NCBI GenBank assembly: GCA_965549355.1
Contig: CBEVGD010000003.1
Coordinates: forward strand, 1 to 39,824
Direction of reading: 5' to 3'
From: an uncultured bacterium
Lineage (GTDB): Bacteria; Actinomycetota; Humimicrobiia; Humimicrobiales; Humimicrobiaceae
DNA length: 39,824 bases
Below, in pieces: positions 1-10,039 of the stretch (its first letter is position 1; the number at the start of each line of letters is the position of its first letter). Position numbers and translations under genes: made by a program. The notes under the pieces were generated by a model that made no database searches, was not told where the DNA came from, and saw nothing but the letters and a program-made list of their open reading frames with translations.

Positions 1-2
1 GC

Positions 3-230
3 GGTATAAGAAGCGGACTTGATATTGCGAAGTCGATCGCGCTTGGAGCCGATATTGCCGGAACCGCCCTTCCTATGCTGAAAGCAGCTTCGGTGTCTGC
101 AGAAAGAGCCGGAGAACTTATAGATGAATTCGCTATGGGGCTGCGCATTGCTATGTTCGGCATAGGAGCAGCAGATATAATGAGTTTAAAAAATACAAAA
201 TCGCTTATAAAAAAAGGTAGGAATCTTTGA
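3..230 (+). CDS. fni: type 2 isopentenyl-diphosphate delta-isomerase, C-terminal part (5' truncated by window edge; not in ORF track)
   Basis: Frame from nt 3 reads GIRSGLDIAKSIALGADIAGTALPMLKAA...LRIAMFGIGAADI...*, the FMN phosphate-binding C-terminus of IDI-2. TGA at 228-230 overlaps the TTG start of hpnH. Isoprenoid context. Confidence 0.88.
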   Translation, partial: GIRSGLDIAKSIALGADIAGTALPMLKAASVSAERAGELIDEFAMGLRIAMFGIGAADIMSLKNTKSLIKKGRNL

Positions 231-1231
231 TATATTCACCCGGACTATCAGCTGCCCTTGTAAAACATATGTATAGGAATAAAAAGCGGGGGAACAGATA
301 TGTTCCTTTTGTGCTCATGCTGGAACCTCTGTTTAAATGCAATCTCGCCTGCTCCGGATGCGGGAAGATCAGGGAATACAGGGATATGCTGGATAAGATG
401 ATGAGCGTAGAACAATGTATGGAAGCAGCGAGACAGGCAGGCGCACCCATAGTATCTATAACAGGAGGAGAGCCTCTCCTGCATCCTCAAATAAAGGAGA
501 TCACAGACGGGCTCCTGAATAAGGGCTATTTTGTATATCTCTGTACAAATGGACTGCTCCTTGAGGATTTCCTGGATGATATAGAGCCGCATCCGAGGCT
601 GAGCCTTGTGATCCATCTGGATGGAATGGCAGGGACACATGATCATTTTGCCGGTAAAAAAGGTGTATTTGAGAAAGCAGTAAGGGCCATAAAGAAAGCC
701 AAAAGACTTGGCTTTAATGTCAGGTCGAATACTACGATCTACAGCAATACTGACGTGGGAGAGATAAGCGAGCTTTTTGGCCTTTTAAAGGAAATAGGCA
801 CTGACGGGGTGCTGGTATCTCCGGCATTTAGCTATGAAGTCCTGGAGGAGGACAGCTTTCTTGCCAGGGAACAGATATTTGAAGTTTTTCAGGAGATATA
901 CAGGAGGCTTGCCGGTATAAGGCTGTATAATACACCAATTTACTGGGACTTTCTGCAGGGGAAAAGGAAACTTGAATGCATACCGTGGTCGACTCCTACA
1001 TATAATCTTAAAGGGTGGAAGAGCCCGTGTTATCTTATAACCGATACACATTACCCGGAGTATAGGGAGATGCTTGAGAACACAGACTGGGAAAGATATG
1101 GAACAGGGCGCGATCCAAGATGCAGAAACTGTATGGCGCATTGCGGCTATGAGGCTTCATCAATACAGGGTAAAAAAAATATTAAAGATATATTAAGGCT
1201 CGCAAAATGGAACCTTACCGGGAGAAGCTGA
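227..1231 (+). CDS. hpnH: adenosyl-hopene transferase HpnH (radical SAM)
   Basis: VLMLEPLFKCNLACSGCGKI (CX3CX2C), GGEPLLHP, CIPWSTPT, C-terminal YGTGRDPRCRNCMAHCGYE; next to shc. Confidence 0.93.
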   Translation: MIYSPGLSAALVKHMYRNKKRGNRYVPFVLMLEPLFKCNLACSGCGKIREYRDMLDKMMSVEQCMEAARQAGAPIVSITGGEPLLHPQIKEITDGLLNKGYFVYLCTNGLLLEDFLDDIEPHPRLSLVIHLDGMAGTHDHFAGKKGVFEKAVRAIKKAKRLGFNVRSNTTIYSNTDVGEISELFGLLKEIGTDGVLVSPAFSYEVLEEDSFLAREQIFEVFQEIYRRLAGIRLYNTPIYWDFLQGKRKLECIPWSTPTYNLKGWKSPCYLITDTHYPEYREMLENTDWERYGTGRDPRCRNCMAHCGYEASSIQGKKNIKDILRLAKWNLTGRS

Positions 1232-1232
1232 T

Positions 1233-2222
1233 TTGAGGGTACTTGTCACAGGCGCTACAGGATTTGTGGGAAGCCATATTGCACGCAGGCTTTTTAAAAG
1301 GGGGCATGATGTAAATATCCTTATAAGAAAGTCAAGCAATACCAAAAATATACAGGATCTGCCGCTGAAGATCCATTATGGGGATCTCAGGGACAGGAAT
1401 ACGCTTGCAGGAGCAATAGCCGGATGTGCGGGACTTTTTCATACTGCGGCCATGTATGGCTTCTGGGCCGCCGATCCCCGGGATTTTTACCGGGTCAATG
1501 TGGAGGGCACAAAAAATATTATAGGTGCCGCACTTGAGAAGGGAGTAAAAAAAATAATCTATACCAGCAGCGAATCTACTCTTGCCTGCGGGAAAGGTCC
1601 GAATGGCGATGGTCTTGAGCTGGCCGGCATTGATGATGTTTATGGGGATTATAAGAGGTCCAAACTTCTTGCCGAAATCGAAGTGCTAAAGTTGTGTGAA
1701 AATGGCCAGCCGGTAGTGATTGTGAATCCGACCACTCCGATAGGAAGCAGGGATATAACTCCCACGCCCACAGGCAGGATAGTGCTTGATATGCTCAATG
1801 GAGCGATGCCTGCCTATGTAAATACCGGACTTAATATCATAGATGTCGGGGATGTGGCCGAGGGGCATATACTTGCATTTGAAAAGGGCGGCCCGGGGGA
1901 AAGATATGTGCTGGGCAATAAGAACCTGACCTTAAAGCAGGTACTGGAAATAATAGCCGAAGTAGCAGGGATTGCTGCTCCAAAAGTACAGATACCGCTG
2001 GGAATTGCAAAGACCCTTGCATATTTTGATGAATTTATATCCGGGAGGATAATAAGAAAACCTCCGAGGATTCCTCTTGCTGCTGTAAGGACAGCATATA
2101 AATATAAATATTTTGACTGCAGCTTTGATACAGACAGGCTCGGCCTCAAACTGACACCTGTAGAAGCTGCATTTAAAAAATCGGTAAAATGGTTCAGGGA
2201 GAACGGATATGTCAAAAATTGA
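1233..2222 (+). CDS. hpnA: hopanoid-associated NAD-dependent epimerase/dehydratase HpnA
   Basis: VTGATGFVGSH Rossmann motif, YKRSK catalytic motif, VNPTTPIGSRDITPTPTGRI and TGLN segments typical of HpnA; context. Confidence 0.88.
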   Translation: MRVLVTGATGFVGSHIARRLFKRGHDVNILIRKSSNTKNIQDLPLKIHYGDLRDRNTLAGAIAGCAGLFHTAAMYGFWAADPRDFYRVNVEGTKNIIGAALEKGVKKIIYTSSESTLACGKGPNGDGLELAGIDDVYGDYKRSKLLAEIEVLKLCENGQPVVIVNPTTPIGSRDITPTPTGRIVLDMLNGAMPAYVNTGLNIIDVGDVAEGHILAFEKGGPGERYVLGNKNLTLKQVLEIIAEVAGIAAPKVQIPLGIAKTLAYFDEFISGRIIRKPPRIPLAAVRTAYKYKYFDCSFDTDRLGLKLTPVEAAFKKSVKWFRENGYVKN

Positions 2223-4119
2223 TCTAAGAAAGCTTGACAGCAGTATAGAAAAAGCACAGGAGTATCTTCTCTCCAGGCAGCATGAAGACGGGTACTGGAT
2301 GGGCCTTCTTGAGGCTGATGTGACTGTTGTGACAGACTTTATACCGCTTATGAGGATATTCGGCATAAGGAATCCGGAAAGAGAGAAAAAGGTTGTGAAA
2401 TATGCGCTGGAGAAACAGAACAGCGACGGCTCCTGGAGCCTTTTTTATGAAGGAGGCGGAAACATAGACGCGACTCTCAGGACCTATTTTGGGCTGAAGA
2501 TGTGCGGGATATCTCCGAAAAGGGACTATATGGAGAGAGCAAAAAGATTCATAATGGAAAACGGCGGCATAGAAGCGACCAATACATATACAAAGATAAT
2601 ACTTGCATTATTCGGACAATATAGCTGGAAGGGTATTCCGGAGATACCGCCGGAGATAATATATCTGCCGGGGTGGTCATATATAAATATTTATGATTTT
2701 GCCAGCTGGACCAGGGCGACAATAATGGCATTTAGCGTCATACTTTCCCTTAAGCCAGTGTACAGGGTCTCTGAAGATGAGAAGATACTGGACCTGTATA
2801 AGGATATCTCGCATTTTGAAAGACCGCTGCCATTTAAAGCTTCGGGACCGGGGAGTCTGGGAAATATATTCATTACCCTGAACCATGCTTTTAAAATGTG
2901 GGACCGGGTGCCTGAGACTCTCAAAGTCGGACGGACCGCAGCTCTTAAAAAAGTCGAGAAGTGGATAATCGGGCATCAGGAAGATGACGGCAGCTGGGCA
3001 GGCATAATGCTTCCCTGGGTATTTTCCCTGATAGCACTGAAATATCTTGGATATGATAATGGCCATCCTGTAATGAAGAAGGGACTGGCCGGACTTGAGG
3101 ACTTTGTCATGGAAGATAGTGAGAATTTTATTCTCCAGCCTGCGACTTCACCTGTATGGGATACAGCCTGGGCGGTGATCGCTCTAAGGAAATCAGGGGC
3201 CGGAGCGTGCGATCCTGCACTGGCCAGGGCTGCACACTGGCTCCTTGACAGACAGGTACAGGTGGAAGGGGACTGGAAAGTAAATAATCCGCGTAATGAA
3301 CCGGGCTGCTGGTCCTTTGAATTTGAGAATAAGTATTATCCGGATATCGATGATACCGTCCAGGTGAGCCTGGCAATCAGCCTGGTAAATACCGGAAGGG
3401 AAGAAGAAAAGAAAAGAGCCGTAGAGAAAGCAATGAAATGGGTGCTAAAGATGCAAAACAGTAATGGAAGCTGGGCGGCATTTGACAGGGATAATGATAA
3501 GGGACTTTTAAGGGACATACCTTTTGCAGATTTTGTAACTCCTCTTGATTTTGGCAGTCCGGATATTACCGGCCATGTGCTCTGTGCAATGGGCGAGCTG
3601 GGTTATTTGGATAAAAGGAAAATATTGAAGGCTCTTAGATATCTAAAGAAGAGCCAGAGAAAAGACGGCAGCTGGTACGGAAGATGGGGAGTGACCTTCA
3701 TATATGGCACGAGCAAAGCGCTACAGGCCCTGGAGGTCCTTAAAAAAAATGGATTTTCTTTAAACGGATATAGCGAATCGGCCAGAAAGTCAATCAAATG
3801 GCTTGAGTCATGCCAGAATAAAGATGGCGGATGGGGTGAAAACTGCATATCCTTTGATAGGGACCGGTACTGTCCCCTGGGCAGCAGCACGGCATCACAG
3901 ACTGCCTGGGCCATGCTTGGAGCAATGGGGGGAGATAATAAAAGCTCTTCCATAGACAGGGCCGCAGATTATTTGATATCTACACAGACATCCGGCGGCA
4001 ACTGGTCGGAGCAGCATTATACCGGCGGAGGATTCCCTGGAACATTTTACCTGAAATATGAGCTTTATAAAGATTATTTTCCATTAATGGCTCTGGGAAA
4101 GTATAGGAGTGAGGAGTGA
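2209..4119 (+). CDS. shc: squalene-hopene cyclase
   Basis: Multiple QW repeats (QHEDGYW, QNSDGSW, QEDDGSW, QRKDGSW, QNKDGGW), SPVWDTAW, YYPDIDDT (DxDD), WYGRWG, YTGGGFP. Confidence 0.96.
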   Translation: MSKIDLRKLDSSIEKAQEYLLSRQHEDGYWMGLLEADVTVVTDFIPLMRIFGIRNPEREKKVVKYALEKQNSDGSWSLFYEGGGNIDATLRTYFGLKMCGISPKRDYMERAKRFIMENGGIEATNTYTKIILALFGQYSWKGIPEIPPEIIYLPGWSYINIYDFASWTRATIMAFSVILSLKPVYRVSEDEKILDLYKDISHFERPLPFKASGPGSLGNIFITLNHAFKMWDRVPETLKVGRTAALKKVEKWIIGHQEDDGSWAGIMLPWVFSLIALKYLGYDNGHPVMKKGLAGLEDFVMEDSENFILQPATSPVWDTAWAVIALRKSGAGACDPALARAAHWLLDRQVQVEGDWKVNNPRNEPGCWSFEFENKYYPDIDDTVQVSLAISLVNTGREEEKKRAVEKAMKWVLKMQNSNGSWAAFDRDNDKGLLRDIPFADFVTPLDFGSPDITGHVLCAMGELGYLDKRKILKALRYLKKSQRKDGSWYGRWGVTFIYGTSKALQALEVLKKNGFSLNGYSESARKSIKWLESCQNKDGGWGENCISFDRDRYCPLGSSTASQTAWAMLGAMGGDNKSSSIDRAADYLISTQTSGGNWSEQHYTGGGFPGTFYLKYELYKDYFPLMALGKYRSEE

Positions 4120-4120
4120 T

Positions 4121-4588
4121 ATGACGATGCAATCGAAACTGATGGAAGAAAGCAAAAAAAATGAGGAAAGGCTGAAAGCAATAAGCCCCTCCAACAGGAT
4201 ACTTTTAATATCCCACTGCTTGAGGTCCAGCAAGAAGTGCACAGCAAAGATGACAAAGGCGGGACTTATGTGCAGGGACGACTGTCCGGATAGATGTACA
4301 GTGGGAAGGCTGAGACTATTAGCTGAAAAAGCAGGCTATAAGGGGGTGTGCATAGCTCCCGGAGGATCCATGGCTCTAAAGTTTATAAAGGAAAACAAAC
4401 CCGAAGGCATAGTCGCCATAGCATGCATGAGAGAGCTGGAGGAAGGCGTATGCGCCGTTAAGGAATTTGCAGGGATAGAAAGCGGTGAAGGCAGTTCTCC
4501 GGTGATTGTGCCGGTGCCGCTTTTAAGAGACGGATGCGTGGATACAGAAGTAGATGAAGAAGAAGCAAAAAGGATAATAAATCTATAA
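4121..4588 (+). CDS. DUF116 family Cys-rich protein
   Basis: HCLRS-KKC-GLMC-DC-RC, CIAPGGS, IACMRELEEG, VPLLRDGCVDTEVD pattern. ATG 4121 preferred over the track start because GAGGAG lies at 4111-4116. Confidence 0.82.
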   Translation: MTMQSKLMEESKKNEERLKAISPSNRILLISHCLRSSKKCTAKMTKAGLMCRDDCPDRCTVGRLRLLAEKAGYKGVCIAPGGSMALKFIKENKPEGIVAIACMRELEEGVCAVKEFAGIESGEGSSPVIVPVPLLRDGCVDTEVDEEEAKRIINL

Positions 4589-4618
4589 AAAAGTATATTT
4601 GTTTTAGGTGATCAAAAG

Positions 4619-5530
4619 ATGATATGTGAAGTAGCGCCGGCAAAAATAAATCTTACGCTGGAAATACTGGGAAAGAGGGAAGACGGCTACCATGATATAA
4701 ATTCGGTCATGCAGACCATAGACCTGTGCGATATCCTGACATTCTGGAAAAATGAATGGCTGCATGTAGTGCCGGAATACGGAAGCCTGCCCGGCAATGA
4801 TACTCTTTCAACTCTGGATGGATGCAATTATCTGGGGGAAAACCTGGTATACAGAGCCGCAAAAATACTAAAGGATGAAACCGGTTATTCAGGCGGAGCT
4901 CTCATCCAGTTAAGAAAGAGCATACCTTCAGCTGCCGGTCTGGGCGGAGGATCAAGCGATGCCGCAGCAGCGCTAAAGGGACTCAATCGGTTATGGAAAC
5001 TGGGACTCTCCACTGATGAGCTCATAGAGATAGGTGCAAAGATAGGCTCGGATATAGCCTTTTTTATACATGGAGGGACCTGCCTGATAGAAGGAAGGGG
5101 AGAAATAGTAAGACCCGTAAAGCCGCTTCCCGCTAAATGGTTTCTCATACTGCTTATCCCTATGATATTGAGAGATAAAACAAAGAGATTATATTCATAT
5201 ATTGACAGCTCCAATTATTCAGAAGGAAAGAAGACAGCTGACCTTCTGGAAAAAATAAAGGACCATTATGGGAATAAAGATAATCCAGGGCATGGAATCA
5301 AAAGCAGCCTGTTTAATGTTTTTGAGAGGGTGTATGACAATGGATGCGAGGAATTCAGGCAGTGGAAGGAATATACTGACAGACTGGACCTTGAACCTCT
5401 TCACCTTGCGGGGAGCGGACCCGCAGTCTATTATATTTCTGATGATGAGAAAGAATTACTGGATCTGGCCAATCACAGGCTTTCTGGCCAGAAAGAGATA
5501 AAAAAATATATTGCAAGAGCGGTACCTTAA
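4619..5530 (+). CDS. ispE: 4-(cytidine 5'-diphospho)-2-C-methyl-D-erythritol kinase
   Basis: APAKINLTLEILGKREDGYHDINSVMQTIDLCD, KSIPSAAGLGGGSSDAAA, IGSDIAFF, LAGSGP. Confidence 0.95.
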   Translation: MICEVAPAKINLTLEILGKREDGYHDINSVMQTIDLCDILTFWKNEWLHVVPEYGSLPGNDTLSTLDGCNYLGENLVYRAAKILKDETGYSGGALIQLRKSIPSAAGLGGGSSDAAAALKGLNRLWKLGLSTDELIEIGAKIGSDIAFFIHGGTCLIEGRGEIVRPVKPLPAKWFLILLIPMILRDKTKRLYSYIDSSNYSEGKKTADLLEKIKDHYGNKDNPGHGIKSSLFNVFERVYDNGCEEFRQWKEYTDRLDLEPLHLAGSGPAVYYISDDEKELLDLANHRLSGQKEIKKYIARAVP

Positions 5531-5545
5531 AGGAGCGGGCTGCAA

Positions 5546-6133
5546 ATGAAACAGGAGATAAGAAGCAAGACAACCAGAGAAAATATAATAGCTACAGCAT
5601 CGCAGTGCTTTTCAAAGATTGGTTATGGCCGGACGGATGTAGGGGAGATATGCCGAAGGGCCGATCTTAGCAAGGGAGCATTCTATTATCATTTTTCATC
5701 AAAGCAGGATCTCTTTCTGGAGATACTTGACCAGTGGATAAAAAAAGTTGCGGGAAAGATGGATCATATCGGGATGACTTCACCAGAGATACTCGAAGTC
5801 ATTATAGGGATACCGGATAATTTCAGCCCTCTCTTTGAAGAAATCGGAAATCAGCTTCCCATATTTCTTGAGATCTATGTTAAAGCACTATCGGATCCGG
5901 ACCTTAAAAAAATTGTACTTAAATCCTATAAGAAATTTATAGTGTTTTTTACAGGAATACTCAAAAAAGGAATAGAGGACGGGCATATAAGGAGAATGGA
6001 TCCTCTCGAAGGAGCTGAAATGCTATTTTCGATGACTATCGGCACGATCATGCAGGGACTTCTAAGACCCGGGAGCCGGGACTGGGCGGATCTTTCTAAA
6101 AAGAATATAAGGCTCCTTCTGGCTCCGCAGTGA
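5546..6133 (+). CDS. TetR/AcrR family transcriptional regulator
   Basis: N-terminal HTH EICRRADLSKGAFYYHFSSKQDLF. Confidence 0.93.
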   Translation: MKQEIRSKTTRENIIATASQCFSKIGYGRTDVGEICRRADLSKGAFYYHFSSKQDLFLEILDQWIKKVAGKMDHIGMTSPEILEVIIGIPDNFSPLFEEIGNQLPIFLEIYVKALSDPDLKKIVLKSYKKFIVFFTGILKKGIEDGHIRRMDPLEGAEMLFSMTIGTIMQGLLRPGSRDWADLSKKNIRLLLAPQ

Positions 6134-7312
6134 TCACCGGACTCCGGCTGCTGATCTGTAAACAGAGAGGGTCCTCTTTGCAGTTTCCTCCCATGAAAAG
6201 TCTTTTGCCCTTTTAATTGAAGCCTCAGAAAGCTTTTTTCTTAAATCTTCGTCCCGACAGACTTTTATTATATTATTTGAAAATCCGTTTACATCACCCG
6301 GTCTTAACAGTACTCCAGCATTTCCCACTACTTCCTTCATTGAGGAACTGTTCGAACATATAATAGGAAGGCCGCACCCCATAGCTTCAAGCGGGGGGAA
6401 TCCAAAACCTTCAAAAAGTGAAGTATATACAAAGGCATCTGCCTGATTATAGAGCTGGATAAGCTCTCTGTCAGTGGTCCTTCCGGTAAATATAATATCG
6501 TCCTTATAGGGCGAGCCGTCCCTTTCGCTATAAGTTGCTTCACTTTTCCATCCGGTCCTTCCGGCTATGGCAAGCTTATGCTTAAAGTTCGGATAATTTT
6601 CCCTCGCAAGATTAAAAGCTTTAATAAGGGTCATAAAATCTTTTCTTGGCTCAATGGTTCCTACCGAGAGCAGATAGGGCCCGCCTATATTGAACTTTTC
6701 AGGGACCTTGCCGTCAAGTTCGCCGGCGCCCAGCTTTTTAAAAACCGGTTCTGCGGCAAGATGGATCATATCGATCTTATCTTTTTCTATTTCAAAATAT
6801 TTATGTATATCATCTGCGGTGCTCTGTGATGAAGCCAGAATCCTTAAGGAGGTATTTGCATTTTTTCTGACCAGGCGGCTGTATTTCTTGATGAACCAGT
6901 CAAAATTGAATTCCGGATACCTCATAAATGCCAGGTCGTGGATGGTAAGCACAATATTTCTATTTAAAGTGGGCGGAATGAGATAGTCCATACAGTGGAG
7001 GAGATCTGCTTTAAATCCAAGAAGCTCTATGAAAGGGAATCTAAGGCGCTCATAAAGCTTTAGAACCTTATGGCTGGCTTTTATGAATTTAAAGCTGATA
7101 TCAGCATCAGTAAATTCTTTTTTTAGATTATAAGCTATATCAAGGTATTCGCTGCTGCTGCAGGTGCCGAATAATAGATATTCATTTCTTTTATCTATAG
7201 AAAGAAGACCCCTTATAAGATTTAATATATATCTTCCGGCTCCTATATCCTGGCCGTGATTTATAAGAGAAGAGACTTCAAGGCCTATTTTAAGTTTTCT
7301 GGAATCTGTCAT
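6134..7312 (-). CDS. glycosyltransferase family 4 (group 1)
   Basis: TIHDLAF, VGTIEPRKD, SLFEGFGFPPLEAMGCGLP (E-X7-E). Confidence 0.92.
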   Translation of the reverse strand: MTDSRKLKIGLEVSSLINHGQDIGAGRYILNLIRGLLSIDKRNEYLLFGTCSSSEYLDIAYNLKKEFTDADISFKFIKASHKVLKLYERLRFPFIELLGFKADLLHCMDYLIPPTLNRNIVLTIHDLAFMRYPEFNFDWFIKKYSRLVRKNANTSLRILASSQSTADDIHKYFEIEKDKIDMIHLAAEPVFKKLGAGELDGKVPEKFNIGGPYLLSVGTIEPRKDFMTLIKAFNLARENYPNFKHKLAIAGRTGWKSEATYSERDGSPYKDDIIFTGRTTDRELIQLYNQADAFVYTSLFEGFGFPPLEAMGCGLPIICSNSSSMKEVVGNAGVLLRPGDVNGFSNNIIKVCRDEDLRKKLSEASIKRAKDFSWEETAKRTLSVYRSAAGVR

Positions 7313-9678
7313 GATAATCTATCGATAAATCTATGAACGGAAATTGGCTCATATTCAAGCTTGCTGTGGAGTATGTCTTTAAAAAGGCTGGATTCTATAA
7401 TGAATTTGGTACTCTCCAGGGTGGTCAGGTAATTTACGATGCCTTCATACCTTTCATTGCCGAGAAGAGCGAAGAGCCGTCTGTAGGACTGTAGAAGATT
7501 CGATATCGTATAAACCGGTTCATTGCGGGCAATATCAAAAAAGACAGATTCGCCCCAGCAATATTTGATGACATCCGAATCAAATATCTGTCTTGAGAAC
7601 TGTATATACTGTCTTTCCTTTCTTAGCTTTCTTGCACTTTTTTGAAAGTCCCTTAAGATCTTTTTGGATACATGCCTGAGATTGGGGTCCCTGAAATTGG
7701 ATCTGTGTATATTGTATTCATTGGATATTATTCTTTTAAGATTATTATCTTCAGAGTTTTTATAGGCAGTTTTAAGCTGGTTTAATTTTTGCCAGTAATA
7801 TTTGGTCTGGAATCCGCTGGCCTCATCCCTGAAACTATATCCATGCCTGTGATGAAGTATTGCCTGGGGACAGGATCTGAATTTATATCCATGCAGATGC
7901 GCCCTGTAGCTAAAATCTGCATCTTCATAGAAAAGGAAAAATCCAGGGTCCACCGGACCCACTTTACCCTCAAGGAACGCTCTTCTCCTTATCATTGCAG
8001 ATACAAAAGATACACCGAAGATATCCTCGCATCTATTATACTGGCTCATATCAAGCTGTCCCATGCCGTAGTGGCCAAGATTAAGATTACTATCTAAATA
8101 TAGTCCTATGCTTTCTATGAATTCCTTCTGATAATACAATTTGATCTTCGGAGCCACACCGATGTACGAGTTTTCTGACTTATTTAGAAGGGATACCATC
8201 TGTTCGATGGCATCCATATTGTATACGACGTCAAAGTTTGATATTAGAATCAGATCCGAGCTGACATCGTTTATGGCCCGGTTCAGACCCCCGCCATAAC
8301 CCAGATTTCTATTTGAATATATGATCTGTATGCCGGGAAATGCTATTTTTATCTCATCAAGTACCTCAGGATTGGAAGAATTATTGTCAAAGATCACTAT
8401 CTCAATTTTTTTATATGTTTGCCTTTTCAATGAATCAAGACATTCCTTCATTACCGGATAAGAGGAGTTATAATTGACTATCACAACTGATACATCTATA
8501 GCCTTCCCGGGACTGTAGCGATTGATATCAGGTTTGGGCTGGATATCGCAGTCTTCCAGCTTTAGCATCTTTTTAATAAGGCTGTTATAATTGTCAACGC
8601 TGTTTTCCCAGGTGAAGTCTTTTGAATATTCTAAAGCATTTTTACCCATTTTTTTCCTGATATCCGGATTAAGGATCATTATCTCTAATTTTTCTTTAAA
8701 CTGTTTATTGTCCTTTACCAAAAATCCTGTCTTCTCATCATTGGCTACTTCCGGATGGGCGCCGATATTAAAGCTTATTGTAGGTTTTCCAAAGCTCTGA
8801 GCTTCGGCAATAGGTAGATCAAAACCTTCCCACTCTGAAGCAGTGGTATAGATATCGCATGAATTGTATATTAAAGGCATTTGACTCTCGGGAGCATTTC
8901 CTATCGCGAGTATTCCCTGATTTTTTAAATACTCCTCATCATTTTTTGAACCATAGCCAACCGCCAGAAGCTTAAGATTCTTATGCCTGGAATAAGTTTC
9001 CTGATACATGGACACCAGCTCAGCAAGGCCCTTATATGGCTGATTGGTAAAGTTGAGCCTTCCCACATACAGAAGCAGGATATCGTCTGCGGATACCCCC
9101 ATGCTTTCTCTAAAATCTGTTATTTCAGAGCTGGGGACATCTCTTATTTTATAGTGGTTGGCACCATTATATATGAAAGACGCTTTCTTCCTTAAGGAAA
9201 GGGGAAGGCAGCCCAGCAGATATTTGGATACTGTTACCAGCCCCTCAGCTTCTTTGAAATATGACGTATTCTGGGAAAAATTCATATATTTGAACTTCAG
9301 CCTTCTTTTGAGCGGCATATCGGTCACCGATACTATTCCATGGTCCACTGCGAGCACCGGAGCATTGAGCTTTGGAATGAGGCTGTAGAATGGAAAGGAT
9401 TGGATTATAAACAGGTCCACTTGCTTGCTATTAAGATAGGGCACCAGCCTCCTGATCCTCTGTTCATAGATAATAGGGTTGGCGGCAGGTTTGAAATAAT
9501 GAAGTCTTTCTATCCAATAGGATTTCCTGCTGGTAAAGGTCTCATCGAAATAATTGCAGTATACCTTAATGGAGTATCCCTTCCTGGCAAGGCCGTCTGC
9601 CAGCCGGTCGACTACCAGATCCACGCCATGGCCCCTGATCATCCTCTCGGTAATAAATGCTATATTTATATCTTTCAT
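7309..9678 (-). CDS. GT4 + GT2 fusion glycosyltransferase
   Basis: N-half YVGRL...SEWEGFDLPIAEAQSFGKP (GT4); C-half VSVVIVNYNS, FDNNS, NLGYGGGLN, FFLFYEDADFSYRA (GT2). Confidence 0.9.
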   Translation of the reverse strand: MKDINIAFITERMIRGHGVDLVVDRLADGLARKGYSIKVYCNYFDETFTSRKSYWIERLHYFKPAANPIIYEQRIRRLVPYLNSKQVDLFIIQSFPFYSLIPKLNAPVLAVDHGIVSVTDMPLKRRLKFKYMNFSQNTSYFKEAEGLVTVSKYLLGCLPLSLRKKASFIYNGANHYKIRDVPSSEITDFRESMGVSADDILLLYVGRLNFTNQPYKGLAELVSMYQETYSRHKNLKLLAVGYGSKNDEEYLKNQGILAIGNAPESQMPLIYNSCDIYTTASEWEGFDLPIAEAQSFGKPTISFNIGAHPEVANDEKTGFLVKDNKQFKEKLEIMILNPDIRKKMGKNALEYSKDFTWENSVDNYNSLIKKMLKLEDCDIQPKPDINRYSPGKAIDVSVVIVNYNSSYPVMKECLDSLKRQTYKKIEIVIFDNNSSNPEVLDEIKIAFPGIQIIYSNRNLGYGGGLNRAINDVSSDLILISNFDVVYNMDAIEQMVSLLNKSENSYIGVAPKIKLYYQKEFIESIGLYLDSNLNLGHYGMGQLDMSQYNRCEDIFGVSFVSAMIRRRAFLEGKVGPVDPGFFLFYEDADFSYRAHLHGYKFRSCPQAILHHRHGYSFRDEASGFQTKYYWQKLNQLKTAYKNSEDNNLKRIISNEYNIHRSNFRDPNLRHVSKKILRDFQKSARKLRKERQYIQFSRQIFDSDVIKYCWGESVFFDIARNEPVYTISNLLQSYRRLFALLGNERYEGIVNYLTTLESTKFIIESSLFKDILHSKLEYEPISVHRFIDRLS

Positions 9679-9743
9679 TATTTTCCTTATTTCATGGATT
9701 TTATTTTTAATCTAATTTTTAAATTATATAATATTAAAACTCC

Positions 9744-9800
9744 CAATGATAATAAATTCTGGAAAAACTATTATGGGCTCATTGCTCTAAAATATTAGTT
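9744..9800 (+). repeat. imperfect direct repeat, left copy (~55 bp)
   Basis: caatgataataaattct-gga-aaaactatta-tgggct-cattgctctaaaatatt; matches 11739-11794, with the first 17 bp identical. Confidence 0.85.
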
Positions 9801-10039
9801 TGACAAATAGTAAGCAAGGGGTTGAGGGTCCTCTTAAAACTAGTCCACCTAGAATGTCAGTAATTTGGCTTATTTGAGGTTTCACTGATATAATGAGTAT
9901 CAATATTGATAGAGTTATAAGTGAGTGTGTCAAAGATTGGTTCTGATGGTTATTCACCTCCTGAAATGGAGAAGAGGGTAGAATCTGCCAGTGCGGTTAA
10001 ATAAAAAGCAAATAATCAAGACCAAAAGGAGGAGTAAAA

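Noticed and set aside
9340-9798. 152-aa plus-strand ORF and the many other short antisense ORFs in the track
   Set aside because: They overlap well-supported genes on the opposite strand and have no recognisable motifs.
9823-9850. tgagggtcctcttaaaactagtccacct, reminiscent of an IS3-type terminal repeat just inside the left direct repeat
   Set aside because: I found no partner inverted copy and no recognisable transposase; the nearby GYSPPE peptide is too short to assign.
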